A DNA stretch of 34,191 bases, from positions 1-34,191 of IMG/VR virus record IMGVR_UViG_3300035135_000934; one strand, 5' to 3'. A model generated the notes under the pieces. That model was not told the origin of the DNA and ran no database searches. It saw only the letters and a program-made list of their open reading frames with translations. Below, piece after piece: positions 24,273 to 33,515 of this stretch (its first letter is position 1; each line of letters starts with the position of its first letter). The DNA is from a virus (lineage: Duplodnaviria > Caudoviricetes). A program made the position numbers and the translations under genes.

Positions 24273-25016
24273 ATGATGTCAGATATTACTAAAATTATGG
24301 AGGCATACTTGGGAATGGTCTCCGAGCGTAAGCAAACTGAAGAGACTGAATGTCCTAAGTGTAAAGGTGAAGGATGCGACCATTGCGATGGTAAAGGCGT
24401 CCACGAGAAGAAACTTGATCCAGTAAACGACAAAGAGAACGACAAGAAGTTCGACGATCGTAAGGACAAGGACATCGACAACGATGGTGATGTAGATTCT
24501 TCTGACGAATACCTACACAAGCGTCGTAAGGCAACTGACGATGCAATTGACGGTGGTAAGAAGCCAGCGAAGGAAGAGGTTGAGAAGGACGAAGAAGAGT
24601 CCGAAGAAGAACCAAAGAAGAAGAAGTCCCCAGTCCCACCTAAGAAAGACGACGGCGAAGAAGAGTCCGAAGAGCCAGCACCAGAGAGTGATGACGAAGA
24701 GGAAGAAGAAAAGCCAGAACCAGAAGGTGGTGACAGCAAGTTGAAGCAGAACCCAAAGACCGCTGACAAAAAGGCAGAGATCTCTAAGATCGAAACCAAG
24801 GAAGCGTTCGAAGAGTTCTGGGCTGCACTAATCGAAGCGACCCAGAAGTCTGCGAAGGGAGAGACTCCAGAAGATTCGACTACTCCAGATACCAAACGTG
24901 CTCAAGAAATGCATAAGGGTAAGTCTGATAAAAAGGTCGAAGACATGGAAGACGATAGTCACGACTCTGTATCTAAGGCGGGCAAATCTACTAAGAAGGC
25001 CCCAGAGCCTAAGTAG
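24273..25016 (+). CDS. Acidic low-complexity protein with DnaJ-like CxxCxGxG zinc finger
   Basis: CPKCKGEGCDHCDGKG; DIDNDGDVDSSDEYL EF-hand-like motif; GGAG RBS. Confidence 0.75.
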   Translation: MMSDITKIMEAYLGMVSERKQTEETECPKCKGEGCDHCDGKGVHEKKLDPVNDKENDKKFDDRKDKDIDNDGDVDSSDEYLHKRRKATDDAIDGGKKPAKEEVEKDEEESEEEPKKKKSPVPPKKDDGEEESEEPAPESDDEEEEEKPEPEGGDSKLKQNPKTADKKAEISKIETKEAFEEFWAALIEATQKSAKGETPEDSTTPDTKRAQEMHKGKSDKKVEDMEDDSHDSVSKAGKSTKKAPEPK

Positions 25017-25022
25017 TGCATC

Positions 25023-25241
25023 ATGACCTCGCTATGGGAGTACCTCGTCAAGTTAGTGGGTCTCAAAAAGACCCACGAAACTCGTGAAGGAAAACTACCT
25101 ATACACAAAATGACCAAGTGGCAACTCGTTGATCTCGCAATAAAGGAAGGTGTAGATCGTGAGGATCCACTAAGTCGTCTCACTAAAGACGAACTGGCAG
25201 AGAAGATTTACCAGCAACGAAATACTAAATGTCAAGTCTGA
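25023..25241 (+). CDS. Hypothetical protein with Rho-N/HeH-like motif
   Basis: KMTKWQLVDLA...SRLTKDELAEKI. Confidence 0.55.
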   Translation: MTSLWEYLVKLVGLKKTHETREGKLPIHKMTKWQLVDLAIKEGVDREDPLSRLTKDELAEKIYQQRNTKCQV

Positions 25242-26182
25242 GATTCTACGTGTTGACTAGTAGTGATATCGACACGCTTATTCGTCAATTCGACACCCTA
25301 CCTAAAGACCAAACTACGGTCGTTATCAACACCCAAGACTCTGAATACGAGTACGAGGTGATAGGATACTGCGAACGAAACAAGATCGAGTGGTTCGCCA
25401 CCGATTCCGATGGCACACCCGCAACGGGTAAGAACGCAGTCCTCAAAATATTCCTAGAGAGCGAACACGATTACATGGTCCACGTGGACGGTGACGATAT
25501 CATCACGCCCTACGGAAAGAACTTCTACCGTGCGGTCGTCGACACCGACGCACCGGACGTGATCTGTCTCTACAACCAGATATCCTTCTCTCGATGGGAC
25601 GACGGTCTACTGAAGATCTTAGACGCGAGACCAGACTCTCGTTCCGAAGACTTCATCTACTTTCCCAAGAAATACGTCCCCAAGTGGAGATACGAATCCG
25701 CGAAGAAGCCGGGGAGCAACAAAGGAGTAGAGAGTAAGGTCAGATATTACGAGAGACACCACCCCGAAGTTGATGCGGACAAACGTCTCCACTGGGCGAT
25801 CTGCGCAGAAGAACTGACGGACTGGTGTCACCGATATAACGACAGAGGAAACTCCCTGAACCGAATGGTCTTTTTCTCGCGCAAGGCCGCAGAGTTGATG
25901 GACTATGACCCCGCGATTGTTGTGGGTGAGGATCAGGTACAATACTACAAACTAAAGAAACTGGCGTTCGACGGTGAGTTGGACATGCGGGTACATAACG
26001 AGAGACCTAGATACACATACCTCTATATGCAGGACATACAGAGTACAACACGAAACGATGAGGTCAACTACGATTGGAGAGAGTTGTTACTGGAACAACT
26101 AAATAAGATCAAACCGGACATGTACCCCGAAAAATACCAACTACCAGAGTTGATACCGCCATATTATGAAGTTAACAAGTAA
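25229..26182 (+). CDS. Putative GT-A glycosyltransferase-like protein
   Basis: PATGKNAVL...YMVHVDGDDII (DxD), GEDQ. Confidence 0.6.
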   Translation: MSSLRFYVLTSSDIDTLIRQFDTLPKDQTTVVINTQDSEYEYEVIGYCERNKIEWFATDSDGTPATGKNAVLKIFLESEHDYMVHVDGDDIITPYGKNFYRAVVDTDAPDVICLYNQISFSRWDDGLLKILDARPDSRSEDFIYFPKKYVPKWRYESAKKPGSNKGVESKVRYYERHHPEVDADKRLHWAICAEELTDWCHRYNDRGNSLNRMVFFSRKAAELMDYDPAIVVGEDQVQYYKLKKLAFDGELDMRVHNERPRYTYLYMQDIQSTTRNDEVNYDWRELLLEQLNKIKPDMYPEKYQLPELIPPYYEVNK

Positions 26183-26534
26183 GAGTATCGTCGTCTACGC
26201 CGCAAAGAACTACTACAACCCGACATGTATTGATGGGGAGGAGTTTTTTGATGACCTCAAACGTTTTAAATACGTTAAGCGTCTGATCAATCGATACTAC
26301 CAGAACAACGACCTCGCAGAGCGTCTCATCCTCAATCACCTCATTGTGATCTTCAACGTGTTCGGTCACGAGGCAGGTGTGGAGATTCTCGCTGCAAAAA
26401 TCCCACTCGAACAGTGGCCTGCTTTAAAACCTTTCCTTATTTTTCTCCGTGCGGTCCATAATACCGATCTTACCGGAATCAAAATGGATAAATACGTAGT
26501 AGAAAAGTTGAGAGGTCTCCGATGGGAATCCTAA
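26166..26534 (+). CDS. Conserved T4-like phage hypothetical protein
   Basis: NYYNP.C...EFFDDLKRFKYVKRL...ERLILNHLIVIFNVFG. Confidence 0.8.
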   Translation: MKLTSKSIVVYAAKNYYNPTCIDGEEFFDDLKRFKYVKRLINRYYQNNDLAERLILNHLIVIFNVFGHEAGVEILAAKIPLEQWPALKPFLIFLRAVHNTDLTGIKMDKYVVEKLRGLRWES

Positions 26535-27118
26535 AATCTGCAGCGGACTTAGTCTACACAATTCGTTTCTTGAAATTACTCGTTACTCCGTTCGAGGACA
26601 CACCTGCGTTCAAAGCAGGGATCATCGATAAAGAAGGTAAGAAGAGGAAAGATTTCAATACCGACAAAATGGATGATCGTGAAAACTATCGCGACCACTA
26701 TACCGCATTCCACCGTCTAGTCTATAACCTGAAGAAGATCATGGCAAAAGCGCCAGGCGGTCAATCGGTCATCGCACGTTACGGTGCAGCTCTTGCACTC
26801 ATCAAAGAACACGGTGAACTGTCCGACAAACAGGTCGAGAAGATTCACGCAGAGACGGGCATCGACGTGGTGGATTTTCTGTTGGAGTCTCAGTCCAAGT
26901 GGTACCTAATCGAAGACGGTAACCTAGGGCCAGGCGTGTATCGTATGCAACACGACACCCTTACCGATCAGGCAGAAGACATAGTCCGTAAGGACGATCA
27001 AATTCGTGTCACCGACCACAACCACATCGACGACATCTTGGGCATCGCGATCTACGAAGGCGTCCATATCAAGACAGGACGCAGAGTCCTGTTCTCCGCA
27101 AACGAGGTCCGCAAGTGA
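26522..27118 (+). CDS. Conserved T4-like phage hypothetical protein
   Basis: DLVYTIRFLKLLVTPFEDTPAFKAGIID..GK...YTAFHRLVYNLKK. Confidence 0.8.
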   Translation: MGILKSAADLVYTIRFLKLLVTPFEDTPAFKAGIIDKEGKKRKDFNTDKMDDRENYRDHYTAFHRLVYNLKKIMAKAPGGQSVIARYGAALALIKEHGELSDKQVEKIHAETGIDVVDFLLESQSKWYLIEDGNLGPGVYRMQHDTLTDQAEDIVRKDDQIRVTDHNHIDDILGIAIYEGVHIKTGRRVLFSANEVRK

Positions 27119-27708
27119 GAACCCTAGAGGATCTACAACTCGACTTCGTCTTGGAGTCGATGGACAATCCGTATAACGCTCGCCTGAAGAAAACAGGGAA
27201 GACTGAATATCGATCTGACTTTACCACCGATGACGGTGACAAGGTCAGTGTTCACTTTGAGGGTGACGAACACATCGACGACTACGATGAGACGGACTGG
27301 GAGATCTCGTTCGTTCGCAACGGAAGTCAGGCGTTGACCGGAGAAGGAGATGCTATGCGCATCTTTGCGACCGTCATCAAGTTGATTCGAGAGTTCATCA
27401 AGAAAGAAAAGCCTGTCTACTTTAACCTGTCGGCCGCAAAGGATGACAAGAGCAACACCAGTAAGTTGCAGAGTCGTGAGAAACTCTACGGACGACTGAT
27501 CAAACGATACATCACTGGATACAATATCCAACCAGAAAGATCCCGCAGTGGTACGACATTCTATTTCACTGCCCAAGAGGTCCAGATGGAGATGACCACA
27601 ACATCTGGTGTCGCAGGCACCGGAGACGATACAGATACTGTGATTATCCGCCGCCGCAAGAAAAAGAATCCTGCCCAGATTGCACGTCGATTATTTCCCA
27701 AAAAATAA
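27115..27708 (+). CDS. Hypothetical protein
   Basis: GTGA overlap; TGEGDAMRIFATV...SREKLY motif; basic C-terminus. Confidence 0.7.
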   Translation: MRTLEDLQLDFVLESMDNPYNARLKKTGKTEYRSDFTTDDGDKVSVHFEGDEHIDDYDETDWEISFVRNGSQALTGEGDAMRIFATVIKLIREFIKKEKPVYFNLSAAKDDKSNTSKLQSREKLYGRLIKRYITGYNIQPERSRSGTTFYFTAQEVQMEMTTTSGVAGTGDDTDTVIIRRRKKKNPAQIARRLFPKK

Positions 27709-27720
27709 TCAAAATAATAC

Positions 27721-27749
27721 TTGTCACCGAACCGATTTTGATATATAAT
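27721..27749 (+). promoter_or_regulatory. Sigma70 promoter
   Basis: TTGTCA-17 bp-TATAAT. Confidence 0.65.
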
Positions 27750-27780
27750 TCTACCCGTTAAATTTTAGGAATTGTATCAG

Positions 27781-28116
27781 ATGAAGTGTGAAGATTATGG
27801 CGAGTACAAGGTCGTCATCCTTGAAACCCCCGACGACAACCCCGATGAAACACTTCGATCCCTAGATGCAGATACCCTAATCTTTGTATCCATGAAAGGA
27901 TATACGGGCGATGACATCCCACCCAGCAGATTCCTAGTCAAAAACTTCCAGAACTCATTTGAGAACCATCTCATGTGGGAAGGACTTCTTGACGCTGAAG
28001 AACAGGAAGAGTACATCGCAAAATGCTGTCGCAAGTTCTGGGAGACCGGAAAGCAGATAGTGATTGAGAACTACGAGTTCCAACAGGACGAACCGTTCTA
28101 CGACTACAGTAAGTAG
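27781..28116 (+). CDS. Acidic hypothetical protein
   Basis: AGGA RBS; ORF between two promoters. Confidence 0.7.
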   Translation: MKCEDYGEYKVVILETPDDNPDETLRSLDADTLIFVSMKGYTGDDIPPSRFLVKNFQNSFENHLMWEGLLDAEEQEEYIAKCCRKFWETGKQIVIENYEFQQDEPFYDYSK

Positions 28117-28145
28117 TTGACGAAACCCCTCAGATTTGGTATAAT
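28117..28145 (+). promoter_or_regulatory. Sigma70 promoter of the nrd operon
   Basis: TTGACG-17 bp-TATAAT with extended TG. Confidence 0.75.
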
Positions 28146-28182
28146 GATCGATCTGGGAACAAATTATTAGTACAGGATAGCA

Positions 28183-30174
28183 ATGACAGTAGATGTTAAA
28201 TACGATCGTGACGATCTGTTGACAGATTATGCGGTGGGTATGCTGAAAGACTTCTATATGATGGAAGGGGAGACTTCTCCACAGGATGCCTACGCAAGAG
28301 CGTCAACCGCATGGGCCACCTTTCAAGGTGAGTTAGATGAAGACCTAGCAAAAAGACTATACGAGTATGTGAGTAAAAAGTGGTTCATGTTCGCATCTCC
28401 TGTATTGTCTAACGCGCCGCGTAATGGTGAGACCAAAGGCAAGGGTCTCCCGATCTCATGTTTTCTGACCTACGTCCCAGACACCCTTGAAGGACTGATT
28501 GACCACTCCAGCGAGCTACGTTGGTTGTCCGTGATGGGTGGTGGTGTCGGTGGACACTGGGGTAGTGTTCGAACAGTCTCAGATATCGCGCCTGGCCCGA
28601 TTCCTTTTATGCACACGGTCGATGCGGATATGATTGCATACCGACAGGGTCGAACTCGCAAAGGGTCATACGCCGCGTATCTGGACGTGTCACACCCAGA
28701 CATCATTGAGTTCCTAAACATCCGTATCCCTACGGGAGACGTGCAACGTAAGGCACTAAACATACACAACGCAGTCAATATCTCCGATGAGTTCATGGCG
28801 GCGGTTATCAACAATACGGACTTCGATCTTCGTGATCCGAAGGACGGTGCGGTCAAGGACACAGTCAATGCCCGTAAACTATGGGAACGCATCCTTGAGA
28901 TTCGTTTCCGTACAGGTGAACCCTACCTGAACTTTATCGACACTGCGAATCGTGGTCTACCGATGGCCCTCAAAGAAAAGGGTCTGCGCATTCACGGGTC
29001 GAACCTATGCAATGAAATTCACTTACCGACAAGCGAAGACCGCACCGCCGTCTGTTGTTTGTCATCCCTTAACCTAGAGTATTATGATGAATGGAAAGAC
29101 ACTAATATCGTCCGTGATCTTGTTCGTATGCTGGATAACGTTCTCCAATACTTCATCGATCACGCGCCCGATAGTATTGCCCGCGCTCGTTATTCGGCAG
29201 AAAGAGAACGAAGTATTGGTTTGGGAGCGATGGGATTCCACTCACTCCTACAAAAACACGGTGTATCTTGGGAATCAGACAAGGCGCGAGAGATCAATCA
29301 AGTTGTATTCCAACACATCTCTGACGACGCTGTCGCTGAAACCCAACTACTGGCAGAAGAACGCGGTGAGTATCTTGACGGAGAGAATACAGGACGCAGA
29401 AACTCACACCTCTTAGCGATCGCACCTAACGCATCGTCGGGTGTAATCCTATCGACATCTCCGTCGATCGAACCCCTCAAGGCTTGTGCGTACACACATC
29501 GCACACGTGCGGGATCCTTCCTTGTGAAGAACGCGCACCTAGAGAAACTCCTAGAGGAGAAGGGTCATAACAACGAATCTACATGGTCTAGTATCATTAC
29601 CAAAAAAGGGTCGGTGCAACACCTACCATTCCTTAACGAAGGAGAGAAGGCGGTATTCAAGACCGCTCAAGAACTAGACCAAAACTGGGTAGTAACACAC
29701 GCTGCTGACCGACAACCATATATCTGTCAGGGTCAGTCAGTCAACCTGTTCTTCCCATCCGGTGCACCAAAACGATACGTCAACAAGGTGCACTTCAAAG
29801 CGTGGCAGTCCGGACTCAAGGGTCTTTACTACCTACGCACCGAAGCCAAGTCAAGAGCAGAGACGGTTTCGGACAAAGTCGAACGAGTCGCACTTGAAGA
29901 CGATAACCGTACCATCATCTACGGCAAGAGTAACTGTCCGTGGTGTAAGATGGCGACCGAAGAGTTGTCGCTACGAGGTATGACGTTCGACTACATCGAT
30001 CTGGAAGAGATCGGTAAAACCGCCGCAGAGGTAACTGGGCGAAAGGTCAAGACTGTTCCACAGATCTATATTGAAGGTCGATACGTGGGTGGTTACGAAG
30101 ACCTAATGAGTCACTTGGAGAGTGATTATAACGCGACCGAATCAGGTGACGAATGTCGTGCCTGTGAAGGTTAA
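28183..30174 (+). CDS. nrdA: Ribonucleotide reductase class Ia alpha subunit with fused glutaredoxin domain
   Basis: PISCF, GSNLCNEI, LAIAPNASS, QGQSVNLF, KGLYYLR; then CPWC...TVPQIYI...VGGYEDL; C-terminal ECRACEG. Confidence 0.97.
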   Translation: MTVDVKYDRDDLLTDYAVGMLKDFYMMEGETSPQDAYARASTAWATFQGELDEDLAKRLYEYVSKKWFMFASPVLSNAPRNGETKGKGLPISCFLTYVPDTLEGLIDHSSELRWLSVMGGGVGGHWGSVRTVSDIAPGPIPFMHTVDADMIAYRQGRTRKGSYAAYLDVSHPDIIEFLNIRIPTGDVQRKALNIHNAVNISDEFMAAVINNTDFDLRDPKDGAVKDTVNARKLWERILEIRFRTGEPYLNFIDTANRGLPMALKEKGLRIHGSNLCNEIHLPTSEDRTAVCCLSSLNLEYYDEWKDTNIVRDLVRMLDNVLQYFIDHAPDSIARARYSAERERSIGLGAMGFHSLLQKHGVSWESDKAREINQVVFQHISDDAVAETQLLAEERGEYLDGENTGRRNSHLLAIAPNASSGVILSTSPSIEPLKACAYTHRTRAGSFLVKNAHLEKLLEEKGHNNESTWSSIITKKGSVQHLPFLNEGEKAVFKTAQELDQNWVVTHAADRQPYICQGQSVNLFFPSGAPKRYVNKVHFKAWQSGLKGLYYLRTEAKSRAETVSDKVERVALEDDNRTIIYGKSNCPWCKMATEELSLRGMTFDYIDLEEIGKTAAEVTGRKVKTVPQIYIEGRYVGGYEDLMSHLESDYNATESGDECRACEG

Positions 30175-30206
30175 CATAGTTTCACAATAACATTAATAGG
30201 ACTTAT

Positions 30207-31184
30207 ATGTCGTCTTTACTAAAATTCTCAGAAACATATAAGCCGTTCCACTATCCGTGGGCGGTCGATTTAGCAAAGAAACATGAAGAGATCCACTGGA
30301 TTGAGGACGAAGCAGAACTATCAGAAGATGTACAGGATTGGAAGACCAAACTGTCCGCCGCAGAGAAAGAGTTCATCACACACGTCCTACGACTCTTCAC
30401 GCAGTCAGACGTTCAGGTAGGAGAGAACTACCACGAACTACTGATTCCAAAATTTAAAAACAACGAAGTCCGCAACATGCTATCATCGTTTGCGGCACGA
30501 GAGGCAGTACACCAACGTGCGTATGCCTTACTGAACGACACACTTGGTCTACCGGACGAAGACTTCCACAAGTTCCTTGACTACAAGGCGATGGCTGACA
30601 AGATCGACTTTATGAAAGAGGGTAATGTCACCTCTCATACAGGTCTTGCACTCGCGCTTGCACAGTCAGTGTTCAACGAAGGTATGTCGGTATTCGCGTC
30701 GTTCGTCATGCTCCTGAACTTCCAACGATTCGGAAAGATGAAGGGTATGGCAACTATCGTCGAGTGGTCCATCCGTGATGAGACTATCCACGTGCAGGGT
30801 AACGCAAAGTTGTTCCGCACGTTCTGCGAGGAACACCCTCGCGTGGTCAACGACGAACTTAAATCCAAGATATATAAGATGGCGCGAAACGCTGTCAAAT
30901 TGGAAGACAAGTTCATCGACCTTGCATTCGATGGGAACGAAGTGCAGGGACTGACCAAACAGGAAGTTCGTGACTATATAAGACACATCGCAGATAGACG
31001 ATTGCTTCAGTTGGGACTGAAGCCAAAATTTAACCAAAAAGACAATCCTCTACCGTGGTTGGACTGGGTACTCAACGGAGCATCCCACGACAACTTCTTT
31101 GAAAAACGAGTGACCGAATACTCAGTTGCTGGTATGGAAGGAGATGACTACGGATGGGAGGAATTAGAAGCTGAGGTAGCGTAA
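30207..31184 (+). CDS. nrdB: Ribonucleotide reductase class Ia beta subunit
   Basis: FTQSD, EAVHQRAY, EWSIRDETIH, NFFEKRVTEY. Confidence 0.97.
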   Translation: MSSLLKFSETYKPFHYPWAVDLAKKHEEIHWIEDEAELSEDVQDWKTKLSAAEKEFITHVLRLFTQSDVQVGENYHELLIPKFKNNEVRNMLSSFAAREAVHQRAYALLNDTLGLPDEDFHKFLDYKAMADKIDFMKEGNVTSHTGLALALAQSVFNEGMSVFASFVMLLNFQRFGKMKGMATIVEWSIRDETIHVQGNAKLFRTFCEEHPRVVNDELKSKIYKMARNAVKLEDKFIDLAFDGNEVQGLTKQEVRDYIRHIADRRLLQLGLKPKFNQKDNPLPWLDWVLNGASHDNFFEKRVTEYSVAGMEGDDYGWEELEAEVA

Positions 31185-31333
31185 TGGACGCTGAATACAT
31201 TATTGAATGTCCGGTATGTGATATGACCACGGTGCTTCGTGTAAAGTACGTAAGCCTGTACGAAGACGAAGTGCCGTGTTATTGTCCCATGTGCGGAGCA
31301 GATGTAGAAGCCGAAGAGTCGGACGAACTTTAA
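31184..31333 (+). CDS. Small zinc-ribbon protein (49 aa; not in ORF track)
   Basis: IECPVCD...YCPMCG; TAATG coupling to nrdB, GAGG RBS. Confidence 0.75.
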   Translation: MDAEYIIECPVCDMTTVLRVKYVSLYEDEVPCYCPMCGADVEAEESDEL

Positions 31334-31334
31334 T

Positions 31335-31862
31335 ATGAATCTAAAACAAGTAATACATTCCGTACCAGACTGGCCGGAGGAAGGAATCAACTTCCAAGAC
31401 GTGACCAGTCTCCTACAGAACCCGCAGGCATTCCAACAGAGTGTCCGTACCCTTGTGAATCAACTCGAAGGCAAAGGGTATACGGACATTGTTGCCCCCG
31501 ACGCCCGTGGGTTCTTATGGGGTGCGCCTGTTGCCTTGTACTTGGGTATACCTCTACACATTGTCCGCAAACCCAACAAGTTGCCCCCGCCCGTGAGATC
31601 TCGCAAATATAAGTGCGAGTATGCAACGCGTACACTAGAAATCAAAACGACTGCACCACTGAACAAGAATAGTCAGGTGTGTATCATTGATGACGTGAGT
31701 GCGACAGGCGGGACGGCACTTGCCATTGCAGAACTATTGCAGACTTTCGATGTCTCGAAGATCTCTTATGGTTGCGTCATCGACCTCGCGTTCTTGGGCG
31801 GCACAGAGAAATTACGTGGACAACATATCAAAACATACAGCGTGGTGACCTACGATGAGTAG
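31335..31862 (+). CDS. apt: Adenine phosphoribosyltransferase
   Basis: PDWPEEGINFQDVT, DARGF, VRKPNKLP, IIDDVSATGGT PRPP-binding loop. Confidence 0.92.
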   Translation: MNLKQVIHSVPDWPEEGINFQDVTSLLQNPQAFQQSVRTLVNQLEGKGYTDIVAPDARGFLWGAPVALYLGIPLHIVRKPNKLPPPVRSRKYKCEYATRTLEIKTTAPLNKNSQVCIIDDVSATGGTALAIAELLQTFDVSKISYGCVIDLAFLGGTEKLRGQHIKTYSVVTYDE

Positions 31863-32385
31863 TCTAATTTTTATCGCACTCGAACTTGAAGCGCCTAGGA
31901 TGTCATCGTGGCAGAACGTTCACTTCACTGGTGTCGGTAAGGTCAATGCGGCAATGACTGCTGCAAAGATGATCGAACGACACAAACCAGACGTGGTCTG
32001 GAACTTTGGTACCGCAGGTGGTATCACTGTAGACAGCGGATTCCATCGAGTCACTCAATTCGTGCAACGCGATATGACGTGCGGTGGTATCGGTTGCGAT
32101 CCCGGCCAGACTCCATTCGAGCAGGGCATCGTCCTTGGTGAGGGTGACGGTCTGACTTGCAGTACCGGAGATAACTTCGTCTCTGATCCAAACTTAGAGA
32201 TCCCCGCTGACCTCGTGGACATGGAGGCGTATGCGATCGCTAAGGTCTGCGAACGTGCGGGTGTCGAGTTCCGTTGTTACAAATACGTCAGTGATCAGGC
32301 AGACGGAGACGCATCCGCTGAGTGGTCGAAGACGGTCGCGAACGGAGAACCCTACTTCATAAGGACTTACAGTACCTATAGATAG
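31855..32385 (+). CDS. mtnN: MTA/SAH nucleosidase (PNP/UDP phosphorylase fold)
   Basis: TGVGKVNAA, NFGTAG, STGDNFV, VDMEAYAIA, KYVSDQAD. Confidence 0.88.
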   Translation: MSSLIFIALELEAPRMSSWQNVHFTGVGKVNAAMTAAKMIERHKPDVVWNFGTAGGITVDSGFHRVTQFVQRDMTCGGIGCDPGQTPFEQGIVLGEGDGLTCSTGDNFVSDPNLEIPADLVDMEAYAIAKVCERAGVEFRCYKYVSDQADGDASAEWSKTVANGEPYFIRTYSTYR

Positions 32386-32389
32386 GTGC

Positions 32390-32806
32390 ATGACATGGTT
32401 GTATGAAGACAAGATATTCGAACCCGAAGAGACCTTCCTAGAAGACTACCAAGGGTTCGTCTACCAAATCACCGAACTGGACACTGGTATGAAGTATATC
32501 GGTAAGAAGTTCTTTTGGAAACCCAAGACACTCCCTGTCACCAAGACCCGCAAACGCCGTGTCAAGACGCGCGTTCAATCCGACTGGCCCAAGTACTACG
32601 GGTCGAGTCAAGACCTCAAAGAAGCCGTCGCATCCCGTGGCGCAGACAACTACAAACGCGAAGTCCTCAAACTCTGCCGTACCAAGGGAGAGTGTTCCTA
32701 CTACGAGGCAAAACTCCAGTTCGAGTACGACGTACTCCTACGCGACGACTACTACAACGCCTTCATTGGTTGTAAAATTCACGCGAAACACCTGCCAGAA
32801 ATGTGA
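32390..32806 (+). CDS. GIY-YIG nuclease
   Basis: GFVYQIT...KYIGKK, YYGSS, SYYEAK, YYN. Confidence 0.85.
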   Translation: MTWLYEDKIFEPEETFLEDYQGFVYQITELDTGMKYIGKKFFWKPKTLPVTKTRKRRVKTRVQSDWPKYYGSSQDLKEAVASRGADNYKREVLKLCRTKGECSYYEAKLQFEYDVLLRDDYYNAFIGCKIHAKHLPEM

Positions 32807-32816
32807 CAAATTACCG

Positions 32817-32911
32817 AAAAAAAGTTCATTTATTTCGAAAATAAGTGTTGACACACGTTTCAAAAACGACTATAATTACTCTGTAATTTGATGATAGAGA
32901 GAGTAATTGAT
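32817..32911 (+). promoter_or_regulatory. Early promoter (repeat copy 2)
   Basis: A-tract, TTGACA 32848-32853, 17 bp, TATAAT 32871-32876, leader TACTCTGTAATTTGATGAT shared with copy 1. Confidence 0.88.
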
Positions 32912-33187
32912 ATGGCACGATTTATTTACCAGAGTGAGTGTGAGATCGAAGGTCTTGCAGACGAAATCGACTTCGGTCAAGCCCTGCGTATTATCAAAGG
33001 TTTCATGGATACCGATGACACCCTTGACGCTCTCCAAGGTTTCGAGAAGCGATACGAGAAAGCTGAGATCGAAGCGATGAAAGAAGACGCTCACCTTGAC
33101 CTTGATTGGGACTGGAGATACGAGATCTTCTCTTACAACCTTCTGATTGATGGGTTCGGTAAACTGTTTGCGCCAAAGGAGGCATAA
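32912..33187 (+). CDS. Acidic early hypothetical protein
   Basis: First ATG after the early promoter leader with GAGAG RBS. Confidence 0.7.
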   Translation: MARFIYQSECEIEGLADEIDFGQALRIIKGFMDTDDTLDALQGFEKRYEKAEIEAMKEDAHLDLDWDWRYEIFSYNLLIDGFGKLFAPKEA

Positions 33188-33189
33188 TC

Positions 33190-33366
33190 ATGATTTTGAT
33201 TGAAAACATTAATGAGTTTGTGGGTCGTATCCCCACGGGTCACGAGTTGATCGTGATGGAAAAAGATGAAATCGACACTGCGATGACTTTGTTCGGTTTC
33301 GACGAAATCGGTATGTTTGACAATATGTTTGTCAACCCACAGTATGCTTTCTTGGAGGTTGTGTAA
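33190..33366 (+). CDS. Small early hypothetical protein (58 aa; not in ORF track)
   Basis: AGGAGG RBS; MILIENINEFVGRIPTGHEL... Confidence 0.7.
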   Translation: MILIENINEFVGRIPTGHELIVMEKDEIDTAMTLFGFDEIGMFDNMFVNPQYAFLEVV

Positions 33367-33515
33367 TGGATGCAGTATTAGGTGATCTTTATAACGAGTT
33401 GATGTGCCTCGCGGAGATCCGTGGGGAGTTGTCTCCCGAAGACAACGCACGTGTTGAGGATGCGATCCTCGCACTTCAACTCAAAATCCAAAAGCTTGAA
33501 AAGGCAGGTGAGTAA
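33366..33515 (+). CDS. Small early hypothetical protein (49 aa; not in ORF track)
   Basis: GGAGG RBS, TAATG coupling; MDAVLGDLYNELMCL... Confidence 0.7.
   Translation: MDAVLGDLYNELMCLAEIRGELSPEDNARVEDAILALQLKIQKLEKAGE

Noticed and set aside
24131-24895. 254-aa minus-strand Ser/Phe-rich ORF
   Set aside because: Antisense shadow of the Glu/Lys/Asp-rich + strand gene
28183-32806. Intron or intein in nrdA/nrdB, with the GIY-YIG gene as an intron-encoded homing endonuclease
   Set aside because: Both nrd frames are continuous with no intein motifs; the GIY-YIG gene is free-standing and short
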